Shown here piece after piece: positions 41,528 to 55,588 of a stretch of 64,000 bases of DNA (position 1 is the stretch's first letter; each line of letters opens with the position of its first letter). Source of the stretch: Octopus vulgaris. Its lineage: Eukaryota. The notes below the pieces were generated by a model that made no database searches, had not been told where the DNA came from, and was given only the letters and a program-made list of their open reading frames with translations. The position numbers were made by a program, and so were the translations under genes. Location of the stretch: positions 16,430,001 to 16,494,000 of the forward strand of contig OX597826.1 of the NCBI GenBank assembly GCA_951406725.2. Direction: 5' to 3'.

Positions 41528-42361
41528 TGCTTGTGTGCATATACATGTGCCTGTGATTGTATGTATAAATATACGTCCCTGGTTGCGTCGTAAGTGAACG
41601 GGTTTCACGGCACATAAGGAGAACTCAAAGCTATTTTACGAGGTGATTTTTCCAATGAGTTTTATGAAAAATGTAACCGGTGTATTTTTCTAAATATTAT
41701 TAATGTAGTTTATAGAAAGAGTGGATAAACGCACTATTACGTGTGAGTTAATGGCAATGATTTTACGAAAAATTCAAGGCAGAAATTTCTGAAATGCTAA
41801 ACTGTATTGAAATCCGTCAGCGAATATTAACTACTTGTAACAAAATATTTACTACAATGAAGTGTTTGCTAATTTTGAATGCCAAAACGGACTAAGAAAT
41901 GAACATTATACATATAGGAATTAGATCTCAGCAATGATACACTATAATGATTAAATATAAAAGGAAAAGAAATCATAAAATTCAAATTTTCGGACTTTAA
42001 ATAACGAGTAACGAGTAACGAGTAAATATTTCAATAAATAAGACTGAATTTTCAAGTAGTAACCAAATTTATCTGATTAGTGATTTAGTTTAAAACTAGT
42101 ATAGGACACGTGAAAGTAAATGGAAAAAAATCAAGGGAAATTTCTATAGATGCTTTCAAGCTAATCATATTTTTTACAGCCTCCTCCCACCAACAAAAAA
42201 TAACAACTTACACTGATTGTTCAGAACTGAAAAAACATCAATGCTTGTGATTTTTGTTGTAATACCGTTAGGTCACGTACAATGTTCTCTACGGATATGG
42301 ACTATATATTTTCCAGCCAGTAATATTGGAATAATATAGAGACACACACACATACATATAA

Positions 42362-42461
<100 letters not shown>

Positions 42462-42678
42462 AATATATATATATATTTATACAATTATATTATTATAATT
42501 ATTAGGGAATATTACTTCCGTGTACACAGGAAAAAGACATTCAAATTAGGTATATTTAAATGAACATCTCTTCATTCTTAATTCCTATATGTAAAAGTAG
42601 TTTTAGAGACAAAACCACCTTCAAGTCAATCAACACTGAAAGATTTTATACCCGACCACTCCATAAAATGTTAAATAT

Positions 42679-43069
42679 CGGATGGAAGCACTCCGTTGGT
42701 TACGACGACGAGGGTTCCGGTTGATCCGAATCAACGAAACAGCCTGCTCGTGAAATTAACGTGTAAGTGGCTGAGCACTCCACAGACACGTGTACCCTTA
42801 ACGTAGTTCTCGGGGATATTCAGCGTGACACAGAGAGTGACAAGGCCGGCATTTTAAAATACAGGTACAAGAGAAAAAGGAAGTAAGAGTGAGAGAAAGC
42901 TGTGGTGAAAGAGTACAGCAGGGATCACCACCATCCCCTGCCGGAGCCTCGTGGAGCTTTAGGTGTGTTCGCTCAATAAACACTCACAACGCCCGGTCTG
43001 GGAATCGGAACCGCGATCCTATGACCGCGAGTCCGCTGCCCCAACCACTGGGCCATTGCGCCTCCACCT
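42679..43069 (-). mobile_element. tRNA-derived SINE family 1, full length with TSD
   Basis: Head GGAGGCGCAATGGCCCAGTGGTT...GGTTCCGATTCCCAGACC. 11-bp TSD ATGTTAAATAT at 42668-42678 and 43070-43080. Confidence 0.92.
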
Positions 43070-43130
43070 ATGTTAAATATTAAATCATATACTAACTATA
43101 TCTATTCTGAATCCCGTATTTCCGTTTAAA

Positions 43131-43230
43131 AGACTAGACGAGTTTCATGAAAGTACGTCGGTATTGATTAGATACGACGTATCTAGTTTCAATACTTAAT
43201 CGGATCGACATACTCCCAATCTTCAGGTCT
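43131..43230 (-). ncRNA. Hammerhead-like motif with long stem II, slightly degenerate, in a microsatellite-flanked element (~42483-43680)
   Basis: Minus: AGAC-CTGAAGA-t-TGGGAGTATGTCG...CGACGTACTTTCA-t-GAAA-CTCG-TC-ta-GTCT. Stem II is 13 bp with G-U pairs. Confidence 0.6.
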
Positions 43231-43973
43231 GGATTCCGCAAACATTTTCACAACCCCTACCTCTTATATACGTCTATGATACACTATATCTTCAATATAA
43301 TCTTACTTAACATATAGAAATGAATAGAAATACAAATGATAAATAAAAATAACTGAATATTAAAAATTTAAGGTGTAAAAATTTAAGGAATAAAAATTTA
43401 AGGACTAAACGCTCAAAGAAAAAACTTTAAAGAAGAAAAAATACGAGTAAAAAATACAAATGAAAGTTACGAATAAAGAATAAAGAATTGCGAATGAGCA
43501 AATAGGAAATAAAAACGAAATAAGAATGATGAAATAATAATGAAATAAGAATAGAGACGAAAATAAACGAATGTTAACTTATCGCCGAGGAAAGAAAAGA
43601 TAAGTTAACATTCGATAAAAAATACACTCAACCATATTCTCACAATACATAGACGTAAAACCTCCAGTGTTCATAACATCTACATAAACATGTATATGTA
43701 CATAAACATGTATATCACACAAACATATATATCACACAAACATGTATATGTACATGCACATACACACAAAGATATATGTGCATGTACGTATTCATACATA
43801 TACACATATCCACACACACATGTGCGCACATATGTACATATATATGTGTGTGTGTGTGAGTGTGTGTGTGTGTACACGCAACTTCATCCTCATATACACA
43901 TAGGTGTATGCTTGCACGCACATATATATAGAGGTTTATACATTTAAATATACTTATATATTGACATTTATCC

Positions 43974-44098
<125 letters not shown>

Positions 44099-44329
44099 AC
44101 ATTCACACTCCAGCATATACGTATATATATATATATATATATATGTACATCCTCCTATCACATACCGCCAGGCGCAGATATGCAAGCATATGCATATCCG
44201 TATAAAAGAATGGGACGTGCGCATGAAAGTCGCACTTATGCACACTCATATAGATATATACATACATATACATACACTCACACACGTACACATTCACACA
44301 AAAAGAAAAATATAAGAGAATATATATAA

Positions 44330-46540
44330 AACAAAAAAAATTGAAGGCATATGCAAAGGTTGTGCAGGAACAGGGTAAAAAGGCGGATTCCATCCGTGAT
44401 CTTTGGTGGCCCAAATCCGTAACCGGTATTTTGTTATATGCAGACATGAACCAAAATTTCAGTTCTTCAATTTAGGCATGTAGCGAGGACGAAGGAAGTT
44501 TCCAGATGAGCCATCTTTCCATAACACAAATGCTGCACTTACCACCACCGTTGGTATAATATTTATACTTGGCCAAGACCTTCCAGTAAATCCTATAGCT
44601 GACACCTCGTTCTTTTCAGAACTACATATGACTGGATTATTTGCTAGTTTTTCGTTTATCCCAGTTTCTGAAGCTTAAGGTGTAGTTGTTGAATCTTGCT
44701 TTAAAATTTCCCTCCATGAGACACACATATTTCTTTGACGAAACTGTGTTATTGGCGTTCGTAGGATTCACGGTGGCTTCATAAATAATGGCTCGGTCAT
44801 ACAGTCTCCATTTAGTGGGTACAAGTCTTTATCCCTGCAGGAACAGCCGGCTTCGTGTTGTTGCTTTGCGTTGTGTGCAAATGTTTTTAAAACTTGGGGT
44901 TGAACTAAAACTAATTTTTACGTTATGACTATTAATGAGTTTCCTATACTCATGATTTATTGGAAATTGTCCATCTATAAGTGATAAGAAATATTTACCT
45001 ATATTAAGGTCACTTCGGATGAGTGTGGCGGTGTGAACCAAATAATTTTCTGTGTTAGTGTTTTCTTTTCTTTATTCTAGCCTAATAGCAGGTGTGTAAG
45101 TTAGTTCCTCTTTAAATCCACTAGCTTTAAGGTCTTTGTTATATATTGGGGCTGCATTATTAAATATGTTTATATTGTAGAAGAGGTTAGAAATTCTCGT
45201 ACTAATATTCTTAACTAAATTCTTAAATACTATGGTGGTGGGGTGGCAGGAACCTACATTAATATAACTAAGTCAGTCGTTAGGCTTTCTATAGGACTTG
45301 TAAATATTCTTTTGTCAATCCAGAGATCTCTCAAGGAAATTGACAACCATCTAGTTAGTATCTATTGTTATGCTAAGATCGAATGTTTTCATAAGATGGA
45401 TAATATCCTTCCTTAACCGATCTTGCGCTGATCCATTGGTATTCTTAGCTAAAGCTAGAACTTCATCCCTATAAATAACGAAATATACACCAGGAAAAGC
45501 TTTTCCTAACGTGTCAAGCCGGTATAGCCCAACGAGATCGCATATGCCTGCTCCATCATAGGACCCCATGCTCACATCGAAAGCACCCTCTGTGTCAGCC
45601 GTTTTGACCCACTCTGTGTTCTCGCTGAAGGGTAAAGTCTTTCTAGCACGGATGATTGTATCCTTATCTTGTTCACTAATCTCTGTAAAATCGCGTGCGA
45701 AAGTGAGGGCTGTATCTAGCAGTTTTCTAGAAATAGATGCATAGAAATCTACAATATCAAATTGTGTAAATCTTGCTTTATTCTTATTTCTGATTACTTT
45801 AAACCAGCTAACAACTTCTATACTATTGGACCAATATACTAAATTACTTTCCCCCTAACCTTAGCATTGATTTTTCTTAAACTTTCCTTACTAATTATAC
45901 CAATTTCTGATTTTGCAGTGTTAATTAGTCTGCATTTAACATTAGATATAAAGTTCTTTTTATGGCCCTTAATAGTTATAAAGGCCTCCTTTTTTTGGAA
46001 GGATCTCTGTTATTTTTATCTAATTTAAACCTAGTGGCAATGATACTAGCTTCTTTATTAATGTCATAAACTTGTGATCTAGCTTTAATGTAATTACTAA
46101 TAACATTGTTATGTCGGAGTTGTGAGTATGTGCTGTTGTTTATAAGGTATAATTTCTTGGTTTTATCAGAAAAAATTGCCGTTTTTTTTTACCTTTTATG
46201 TTTCTAATGTCTTTTTTCAGTTTCTGTGGAAAAGTACTAAAGGACTTATGAAATTTGGTTTTGTTTATAAGCTTCAGTAGATCTGTTCCTAAGTCTTCTA
46301 AGTCCTCGATTTTGGAAGACAAATTATTTGATTAAATTTCGTGGTATATATTCTCTCTGGTAGACACTTCATTGCTATAATGGAAGGCCTTCTATCTCAT
46401 TCGCTTAATAATTTCTTAATAGTTTCTTAGGGTATAGTTCCCTGGATGGTATAGGTATGTTTTTCATTGAATAATCGATACCGTTAGGAACCATATTAGA
46501 TTCTTCTGTAGGCGAATGTCCTCAACCGATTAATAGCAAC
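44330..46540 (-). mobile_element. Near full-length degenerate Penelope-like retroelement (RT + C-terminal GIY-YIG), Hydra-clade-like
   Basis: From ATG 46494: IDYSMKNIPIPS, KRMR*KAF, CRLINTAKSEIG, QFDIVDFYASIS, FDVSMGSYDGAGICDLVG, YRDEVL (YxDD), linker CSCRDKDLYPLNGDC, IIYEATV...KYVCL.EG.FKARFNN, CSIC..EK. Multiple stops and frameshifts. The 5' end abuts (TA)n. Confidence 0.9.
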
Positions 46541-46546
46541 TATATA

Positions 46547-46587
<41 letters not shown>

Positions 46588-46589
<2 letters not shown>

Positions 46590-46751
46590 GACGGGCTTCT
46601 TTCAGTTTCCGCCAACCAAATACACTCATAAGTCTTTCGACCGCTCACGGCTATAGAAGAAGACACTTGCTCAAGGTGCCACGCAGTAGGACTGAACCCG
46701 GAACCATGTGGTTGGTAAGCAAGCTACTTTCTACCACACAGTGACTTCTGC

Positions 46752-46755
<4 letters not shown>
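46588..46755 (-). mobile_element. Family 3 SINE, 5' half
   Basis: Matches 38500-38660. Confidence 0.88.
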
Positions 46756-46810
<55 letters not shown>

Positions 46811-47084
46811 CTTACTTGAGAAAGAGTTGGAATCAACTTCGTGTACTGAGAGTAATCCATTATTTTATCTTCATGCTCATAGTTTATTAAATTTGCTTAT
46901 CAATTGCATTTTGAAAAGCGAAGTTCTTCATAATCTTATATAGTTACTATTTCTGTCACGTTGGTACCGTCGCAGTAAGACGAATCAAGAATCTGAGACC
47001 TATTATAACTTACAATACATTAAAATAGATTAAATTATGAAGGTTATAGAATTATAGATATGGAATGCATATAGGAAAGTCAGC

Positions 47085-47170
47085 GTTCGCATACGAGTCT
47101 CCAAGATTTTCAGGAACTTGAACACTCGGTGATTTGAGAGCGTAATCACCACTAGGCCAGATCGCCGTTA
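47085..47170 (-). mobile_element. tRNA-like Pol III head (SINE fragment of a fourth type)
   Basis: Minus: GGCGATC-TGGCCTAGTGG-TGATT...GTGTTCAAGTTCC (A box and B-box-like). No complete cloverleaf. Confidence 0.45.
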
Positions 47171-49161
47171 CGTAAATACACAAGGCCCATACGATGAGTA
47201 TGTATAGTCAATAATATCTATTACACTAGCGCTGCCTCTACTTCATATTTGATCTGATGATCTGCAGATTAATTGTGTAAGTAAAATTGCAGAATTTATT
47301 AACAGTGAAACAATCATATGGGGTTAATCTATATTTTTGTTATTTTTCATTTTTCCTGCTCGCTTACGTTCATAGTGTGCTAAATTTTTCTTGAGAACAA
47401 TTCTTAGTGGTTGAGACTCATGCGGATCTCTCTTTAGTGTAAGGGCGTCCACATAGTGGATTCTCTCTCATATTTGTATATATATATATACACACACATT
47501 CTTTAAACATCAGGAAAGAGACTCTATGTAACTATATTTATGTGAACTCTTGTCAGTTTATGTACGTAAATCACGGCAATGAACTGTCAAAATCTTTACC
47601 ATACCGGACTATTGCTTAGCAGCATTTCTCGTGACCTTACATCCTGATTTCAAATGACTCCGCATTCGATTTTGCTTTTTATATTTTAGGGGTCGATAAA
47701 ATAAGTACCTGTTGAATACTGTGGTTTATGTGATCATCTTATTCCTTCCCCTAAAACTGCTGGCCTTAAGCCAAACTTTGAAAAAAAAGTGTATGTATAT
47801 ATGAGATGGTGTGGATGTGTGACCAGCTACGAATACTATTTACTAATTTTATTCATGTAGCTACTTCATAGCATTTTACTTATGCTGATAGCTTCTTAAG
47901 ATGTAACTTTCGTGTTTCAAAATTAAGTGGCTATTTGAAAACCATTTTGCCTTGCAAAATATCATTTACATGAACGCATCAGAAAAACAGTTTCAATTTA
48001 TGTTCTTATAATTACATTAAGCTCTTAAATACCATTTCCCATACCAAACTTTTTCTGCAATAATGATTCTATTAGATAACATAGATTTTTCTATTTGTGA
48101 TACTTCCGGTCTAATTTTTTATTGGTCTGTTAGCATTAAACATTTAAATTTGTTCACTTTTTTGTATATAGATTTTCGTCTTAAATCGACGTTCAATTAT
48201 GTGTGCGTATGTTTGCGTGTGTGTGCTTGTGTATGCACATATATTTATCTGATGATATATAGCCGTATCATAAACTACCTCAAATCTTACATTGAATATA
48301 TATGTTGCTTTCACTATTATATGCGACCTCTCGTCTTTCAACATCTGTATTAAGCTCGTTAGGTTTACACGTATTAGACATTTTGATGTCAATGATCCAC
48401 AAATATCTGTCGAGATAACATGCAAGTATTTTATGAACCATGGGCCTTGTATGTAATAATCGCTGGCAATTCATGTCAGCGGATGGCATTGAATATTGTT
48501 TAAACCAAAAAACGTCGAAATGGGTATTAGTAAACTTATGACTATTTATATGTCGTCTTCTACTGACAATTTCATTTGCATTTTTACATCCCAAGTTTTT
48601 TGCCGCCTCTTTTAGTGACTATTCCGGAGTCATCATCAGCTCTGGATACTATAAAATGTAGATTCTCTTGTACTTCTGACATTTAATAGTATCACAATCT
48701 TCCAGTTTAATGGAATCACATCTATACATAAAATATTTGTGGAATATAGAGGGTTTCCCTTCGATTTCTTTAATCTTTTATCAATGCAAGCTGGATAGTT
48801 CTTCATTCTCACGAGAGGTAATTAGGAGTTCCTCACCGATAAGCTGTATGTCATTTTATTCTTATTTGATCCTTTCATTAATGCGTTTCTGAACAGTTGC
48901 CTGAGCTATAATATAAGGACCCCAAATCGCCTTTGCGCCGAAGCACAGCGCACGTATTTGTTTTTGCGTGTGTATATGCATAAATGAATATATGAATATA
49001 TGTATGTTTGTCGGTTCTTTTTTGAGTACTTTTGCCAATGAAGGAGATGGTTTACAACAAAGAAACAAAGTTCCGTCGTGAAATTTTGGAGAAAAGAACA
49101 GGGCGTTTTATACTTCGAGCAATAGAAAGGAATTGCATTTACTATTATTGTTACAGTTTCT

Positions 49162-49770
49162 AAGGCGGTGAGCTGGCAGAAACGTGAGCACGCCGGGCGA
49201 AATGCTTAGCGGTATATCGTCTGCCGTTACGTTCTGAGTTCAAATTCCGCTGGGGTCGACTTTGCCTTTCATCCTTTCGGGGTCGATAAATTTAGTACTA
49301 GTTGCGCACCGAGGCCGATGTAATCGGCTTAATCCCATTGTCTGTCCTTGTTTGTTCCCTCTATGTTTAGCCCCTTGTGGGCAATAAAGAAATAAGAAAC
49401 GTTAGCACGCCGGGTGAACTTCTTAACGATATTTCGTCTGCCGCTACGTTCTGAGTTCAAATTCCGCCGAGGTCGACTTTGCCTTTCATCCTTTCGGGGT
49501 CGATAAATTAAGTACAAGTTACGCAATGGGGTCGATGTAATCGACTTAATACGTTTATCTGTCCCTGTTTCTCCCCTCTGCGTTTATCGCCTTGTGGGTA
49601 GTAAAGAAATATGTATTTCATCTGTCTTTATGTTCTGAGTTCAAATTCCGCCGTGGTCGACTATGCCTTTCAACGTTTCGGGGTCGATAAATTAAGTACC
49701 AGTTGCGTACTTGTGTCGATCTAAACAACTGGCCCTTCCCCAAAAAAAGTTGGGTCTTATGCCTAGAGAA
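49162..49770 (+). mobile_element. Tandem trimer of family 2 SINE units (49162-49394, 49395-49610, 49611-49770)
   Basis: Three successive GTTCTGAGTTCAAATTCCGC...GGGGTCGATAAATT blocks. The second and third units are 5'-clipped and the third has a different tail. Confidence 0.92.
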
Positions 49771-50645
49771 GAAAATATTATAATCACAGTTTCTAGTAAC
49801 ATAATGGACATAAGCTGGACTTGATTTGCCTAAAAAGATTATCCAGAGTGTCATTCGAGATATATTAATTTAAACAGGTGTACGAACAATTACTGGTATA
49901 AACGTGAATTTATTATCAGTGAAGCGTTGAGAACCTATGTTTATTCTCCACTGATTTTGGAATATACACCCACATTTATAACGAAATATTTTCTTGGTAA
50001 CACTTTTGGGAAAGCTGCTGATCCCGTGTCATATCTAAGAGTAAGGGATATAAGTGACATTTTGTTTCATTTCACCTTCATGGGTTTTAGTGTTTCATTC
50101 ATATTTCTTTATTGGGCATATTATAGCTATACACGTTTCTTCGGTTATTAAAACATACTTTTCAAGATGGTACGATGTATGTGATCACGAATTCAAGAGG
50201 CGTTACCCCTTATATTATCAGCATGCCAAATATTTCTGGAAATGTACGTGCTCATACCATTTGTGAGGTGTATATCGTGTTTCGTATTCAGATTTGTTAG
50301 TCATTCAATTCTACGTTCACACAGGCAGTTCTTTTAAGAGAATTCCTCTTGAATAGTTCACTGCAACTGAGGGAGATGGTAAACTCTTCAATTTCCGCGC
50401 ATTTAAGTTTAATGCATTTATTGAGAAGATATGGCATTAACAAGCTTTCTACTAAGGTCTTGACTTCAAGTAATTATATACATACTCTGAATATTTTTCT
50501 ACCTGGAGTTGGGTACCAATTTTTATATCCGTCTATAGTTGTTGTGTAGGCATTTCAATTTTAAACCGACATGGTGTCTTGCCATTTAAGCGCCTCATTC
50601 AGCTAAATTTTAATATTTTATTCATATATATATTCATATATATAT

Positions 50646-50805
50646 ACGACGGGCTTATTTCAGTTTCCGTCTACCAAATCCACTCGCAAGGATTTGTTCG
50701 GCTCAAGGACATAGTAGAAGAAATTTGCCCAATGTGCCACGCAGTGGGACTCAACCTGGAACCATGTGGTAATATAAGCTACTTACCACATAGCCACATC
50801 TACGC
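50646..50805 (-). mobile_element. Family 3 SINE, 5' half
   Basis: Matches 38500-38660. Confidence 0.85.
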
Positions 50806-50815
50806 GTATATACAA

Positions 50816-51125
<310 letters not shown>

Positions 51126-51162
51126 CATATATAAATTTATATATATATACATACATATATAA

Positions 51163-51196
<34 letters not shown>

Positions 51197-54100
51197 TTAC
51201 ATACATAAATATTTATATATATATACATACATACATATATACATACATATATACATATATAAATATATATATATATACACATATCTGTGAGTATGTATTC
51301 ATGAATGCATATATGTGTGTATGTATATGTGCGTGGGTGCATCTGGTATGAGTATTACTATAATTATTATCGGTTATTTGTTAATGGACATATCACTTTC
51401 TTTTTATTTTTTCCGAATGCGCTCCATCTTTGCCTTTTAGACCTTTTCTCAAGACAGACATTTCCGTAAACATGTCTCCATTATTTCACATAATGCTCTT
51501 GCAGTTTTTTATTTACATTCAAGTCATTGAGAGTGAGCTAGGAAAATAAATATTGCAGAGAAAAAATGACAAAAACCAAAATAAATATTTTCTCTGAAAA
51601 TATTGAATCGGTTGACAGTTATACAATACATAGTTTAACAGATGTAAAAACATTTGTAACGTTTTCATCCACACGCAGAGAAGTAAATTATAATCTGGGC
51701 AAATATTTGTATAAACTTTATTGTTGATCAGACTCTCTCGAATATGAATGGAATATTTACCTATAATATTGCCAGTAAACTAAAGTATATTTATATTTGC
51801 TATTGCTCGAACATATACTATCTCACCAGACAATATATAAAACGTATTTCTTTGTGAGTGTTTGCTTATGTATATTGCACATGCAAGACATATCCAAGGG
51901 GCATTTTAAAATGGAAATATCGTAGCAATGTCTTAAAATAGGAATGATTTATGAATTAGTTTGAGAGAAAATACTTTGAACCGAATAACTATCAGATATA
52001 ATGCTCTTTTCTAAGAAAGTGTTTATTCAGAATAAATGAGACAATGTCGAAGAAAATTTTCAGGGCTTCCACAAATTTGCAAGTGGTGAATCAGATGCTA
52101 AACAAGCGATTTCAATCTTTGAAAGGAATCAAAATGAATGAAGTAATGTTCAAACGAGTAATCTATAAAGTTTACCACCGAAGAACCAGAGCGGGTCGTA
52201 CAACAGGCTTCCACACAGTATTCTCAAACACATTTCCCTTACAAGATGTTAGCCAAGGCAATTTTATAGTAAAAGCATTTTGTCGATAATGCCAGTTAAG
52301 GGAATCGAACCCGAAGCAATATAACTGCAAATAGAACGTCTTAGCTCATGGTTGTAATCATTGCAATAAGCATAGAGTACGAGACAATGATTCCCGCCGA
52401 ACAACCTTAGCCATTAGAAAATATTCTGTAATATCTCCACTTGACAATGACTACTTTATTAGGAAGTATAATTATTGTTTTAACAGTTATACTTGTTCAT
52501 GTAACTGAATATTTTATAATATAACATAAATATTTGTAGAATATAAAGTTAGAAATAAAATCCGTACAGAACACCCAGATGCGATATTTGTTCGACTTCC
52601 CTAAATCTCTAAATTATTTCATAGTCCTCTTTCAATATAATTCAGAATTGTTTTTCTGAAACCATCCTTACTCCCATATGGGATTTTAGAAGGATGTTTA
52701 GCGCCTAGCTGTCATCTTAATAATTGATTATCATTTGAGATAAAACATTGCTTTTAATTTCCTTCATTTACAAATGTTTATTGTTTCAAGAAAGGAATAA
52801 AACTATCGATATATCAAAGGCCTTTATTTCCTTAGCTCCTTTGAAAAGAGCATTTATGTATGTTCATTATACTGGTTAACAAAGATTGATATGGCACGGA
52901 CAAAAGAGTGATTAATCATGATTTTAAAATTGCTTTCGGTTTCCCAAAAGCATGTATAGCTTTTGAGAGAATATAACTATTTTTTAAATTTATGTTTGAA
53001 ATATTTTGTACTATTCTAAATATTTGCTCAGGTAGTTACTATTTGTTCAACATGTCTTGTGAATGTTAAAATCATCCAATATTTTTGATAAGCATTTAAC
53101 AATTGCGTGGCAAAAATGTCATGCTATCATGAAAATATGAAATCATACCATTTATTCATTGGTTGTCATACAGCTGATCACCGCCGCAAGTAGCAAATCT
53201 GTTTTGCTTGCTTGAGAGAAGTTCATGACTGAACAAAAGAAAATCAACGTTTATTTTGTGTGTTATTTATGGTATGGAGATAATAAAAAATTGCTTTATA
53301 CAGACTGTTTTTGCAACGTAAGGATTATCTTCGATACTTTTTTCTCAAAAGGCCGTTTGCTTTTATACACTTTCACTAAACCTCCTCTGATGTGTGGAAT
53401 TTGGTGAATGAGGGAGATTGAAATTGCTTGCCTCATCCCGTGTTTCTTTCATCGAGGTAGGGTCATCCGGAACTCTTGGACAAAATGAGATCCAGTTTTG
53501 TTTTGAAGGTGCACATTTAATTTTCTCAAAACGATGGACGAATATCTATTGGTGGGGATGATTGGCTTTCTATAGATCTTCCAAATATATCCCATAAAAA
53601 TTTTAACAAAGTTTATTTATTCAAAAAGCTTTCACTAAACTTCATAGGAAGGTTATACTTTTGCATTCAGAAAACAGAACTTATCGCCTCAAAAGGGAAG
53701 AAGTTACTTTATTTGATTCAGCTCTTCCTGTGATTCGTCACAGAAAGCGAAATATACTTATTTTAATTCATTAAGAAATATTGCAGTATTTGATCCACTC
53801 TAGTGTTGCAGTAACCTCACTATAATATCCACAAGCTTTTCTCCGAATTGTGTATCTTCTGACTGACGGCTCTCTATTGAAAATCGCTAACAATATGAAA
53901 AGCAATTCTGCTGCGAAATAGGGATGTAAATGGGATATATGATGACATGCATATTCTGCAGAATACATTCAAAACGTATTCACCAATGTAGAAATCTCAA
54001 AGTTACTGACATGCTAACGGTCACGCAGCATTGCTTTTACGTGTATATCCAGAGCAGTTGTGCTCTTCCAGGTCATTCCAGTGAACCTGCATATCTACTG

Positions 54101-55268
54101 AAGCCGATATATATCCTTAAAATGTACAGTCGATCCAAGTATTTCTGTCATCCCTACATACTAAATATAGTTGAATGTGATATGTTATTTCAGCAATTTG
54201 TAGATCCAGGCCAAGTGGGTTACAGTACCTTTATAGATATATCCATATAAGGAGAGGGAAACTTTAAAGGATGGAAATTTATAGGACTGCAAACCACGGA
54301 GATTTGTATAGATACTTGAATTACCAAAAACGAAAAACAACGCACTTTTCAAATAAAACGTAAAAGGCTTTTAAATATTAATGTGAAAACATTCTGCAAG
54401 TGCATAAGGTCCATAGTTATATAAAGAATGGACTTCCGTTAAATATACCCTGTCAATAAATGTAGTCGTTCTATATTCGCATGTAGATTACTTTCCCGAA
54501 AATATTAGTGATGACATGAAAATGTTAGTGAAGATGTACAAAGAAGTCAAAGTTTTTCACACAATATATTATTATATATAGCCAGACCTATTCCCCACTT
54601 ACCATTCATTTCCGAGCTCAAAAGGTCGAGCCCAGGTCTATGCTTGCGTCAAGGCATAGAACTCAACCCTAAATAGCAACAGCAGGGCTCGACATCATAC
54701 GCCAGTTTACAATTAATTAACAAGATATATTTCGTGATAAATACAGAGAAATTGATTTTGATTGAATTCCTATATCGGTGCATTAAATTCTACGTTTTTG
54801 ATAAAAAATTGTTTTATCGAAACAAATCTTAACTGGTTTCTTCGGCAGAATATACTTATTATATTCTTCGTGTTTGGCAGGGGAAAACTTTCTTAAATGT
54901 AGTCATACTTTTTTCTCGTCCGTCCAATTTTTACACTCTTTTTGGAGATTTCTTCGTATTTTCGAAAATATGCACAGAAGGAAATCTCTTCTTCTAGGTT
55001 ATAAGCTGAATTCTTCAACTGAGTTTGCTACGCTGTCTGGAGAGTGCGAACCTGAAATATTTTCAGACTTCACCCTTAAATCCAGCAACTGTTGATTTTG
55101 TTGTTGCTGCTGTAGATGATCCAGCAACTGTTGATTTTAGTTGCTGCTTTTGCTGTGTTAACTTTGTCCTGTTTTCCATTTTTTCTCGTTTACGCATTTC
55201 ACACATTTTGTCCTGTAATTACTATCCACGTTTTGTACGGGACGTATCCATTTCCAATTAAGTTTATT

Positions 55269-55349
<81 letters not shown>

Positions 55350-55493
55350 GTGTATATTTGCGTGCGTGTATGTGTGTGTATGTGTGTATATATATATATA
55401 TATTTGTGTGTAAATTATATTTATATATATACATATATACATATATGTATATATACATAATTATATGTATGTATATATGTATATATATGTATA

Positions 55494-55548
<55 letters not shown>

Positions 55549-55588
55549 TTATTAAAGCTGCAAAAACATTATTTAAAATATCACAGAA

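Noticed and set aside
42990-43069. tRNA-like sequence on minus
   Set aside because: It is the head of a SINE with TSD. There is no complete acceptor stem or terminator, so it is not a tRNA gene.
49162-49770. Repeat-spacer appearance suggesting a CRISPR-like array
   Set aside because: The units are ~200-bp SINE copies with no unique spacers, in a eukaryotic context.
55080-55138. 20-bp direct repeat ATCCAGCAACTGTTGATTTT; similar short duplications at ~37407, ~42002 and ~58970
   Set aside because: Ordinary local slippage duplications with no further structure.
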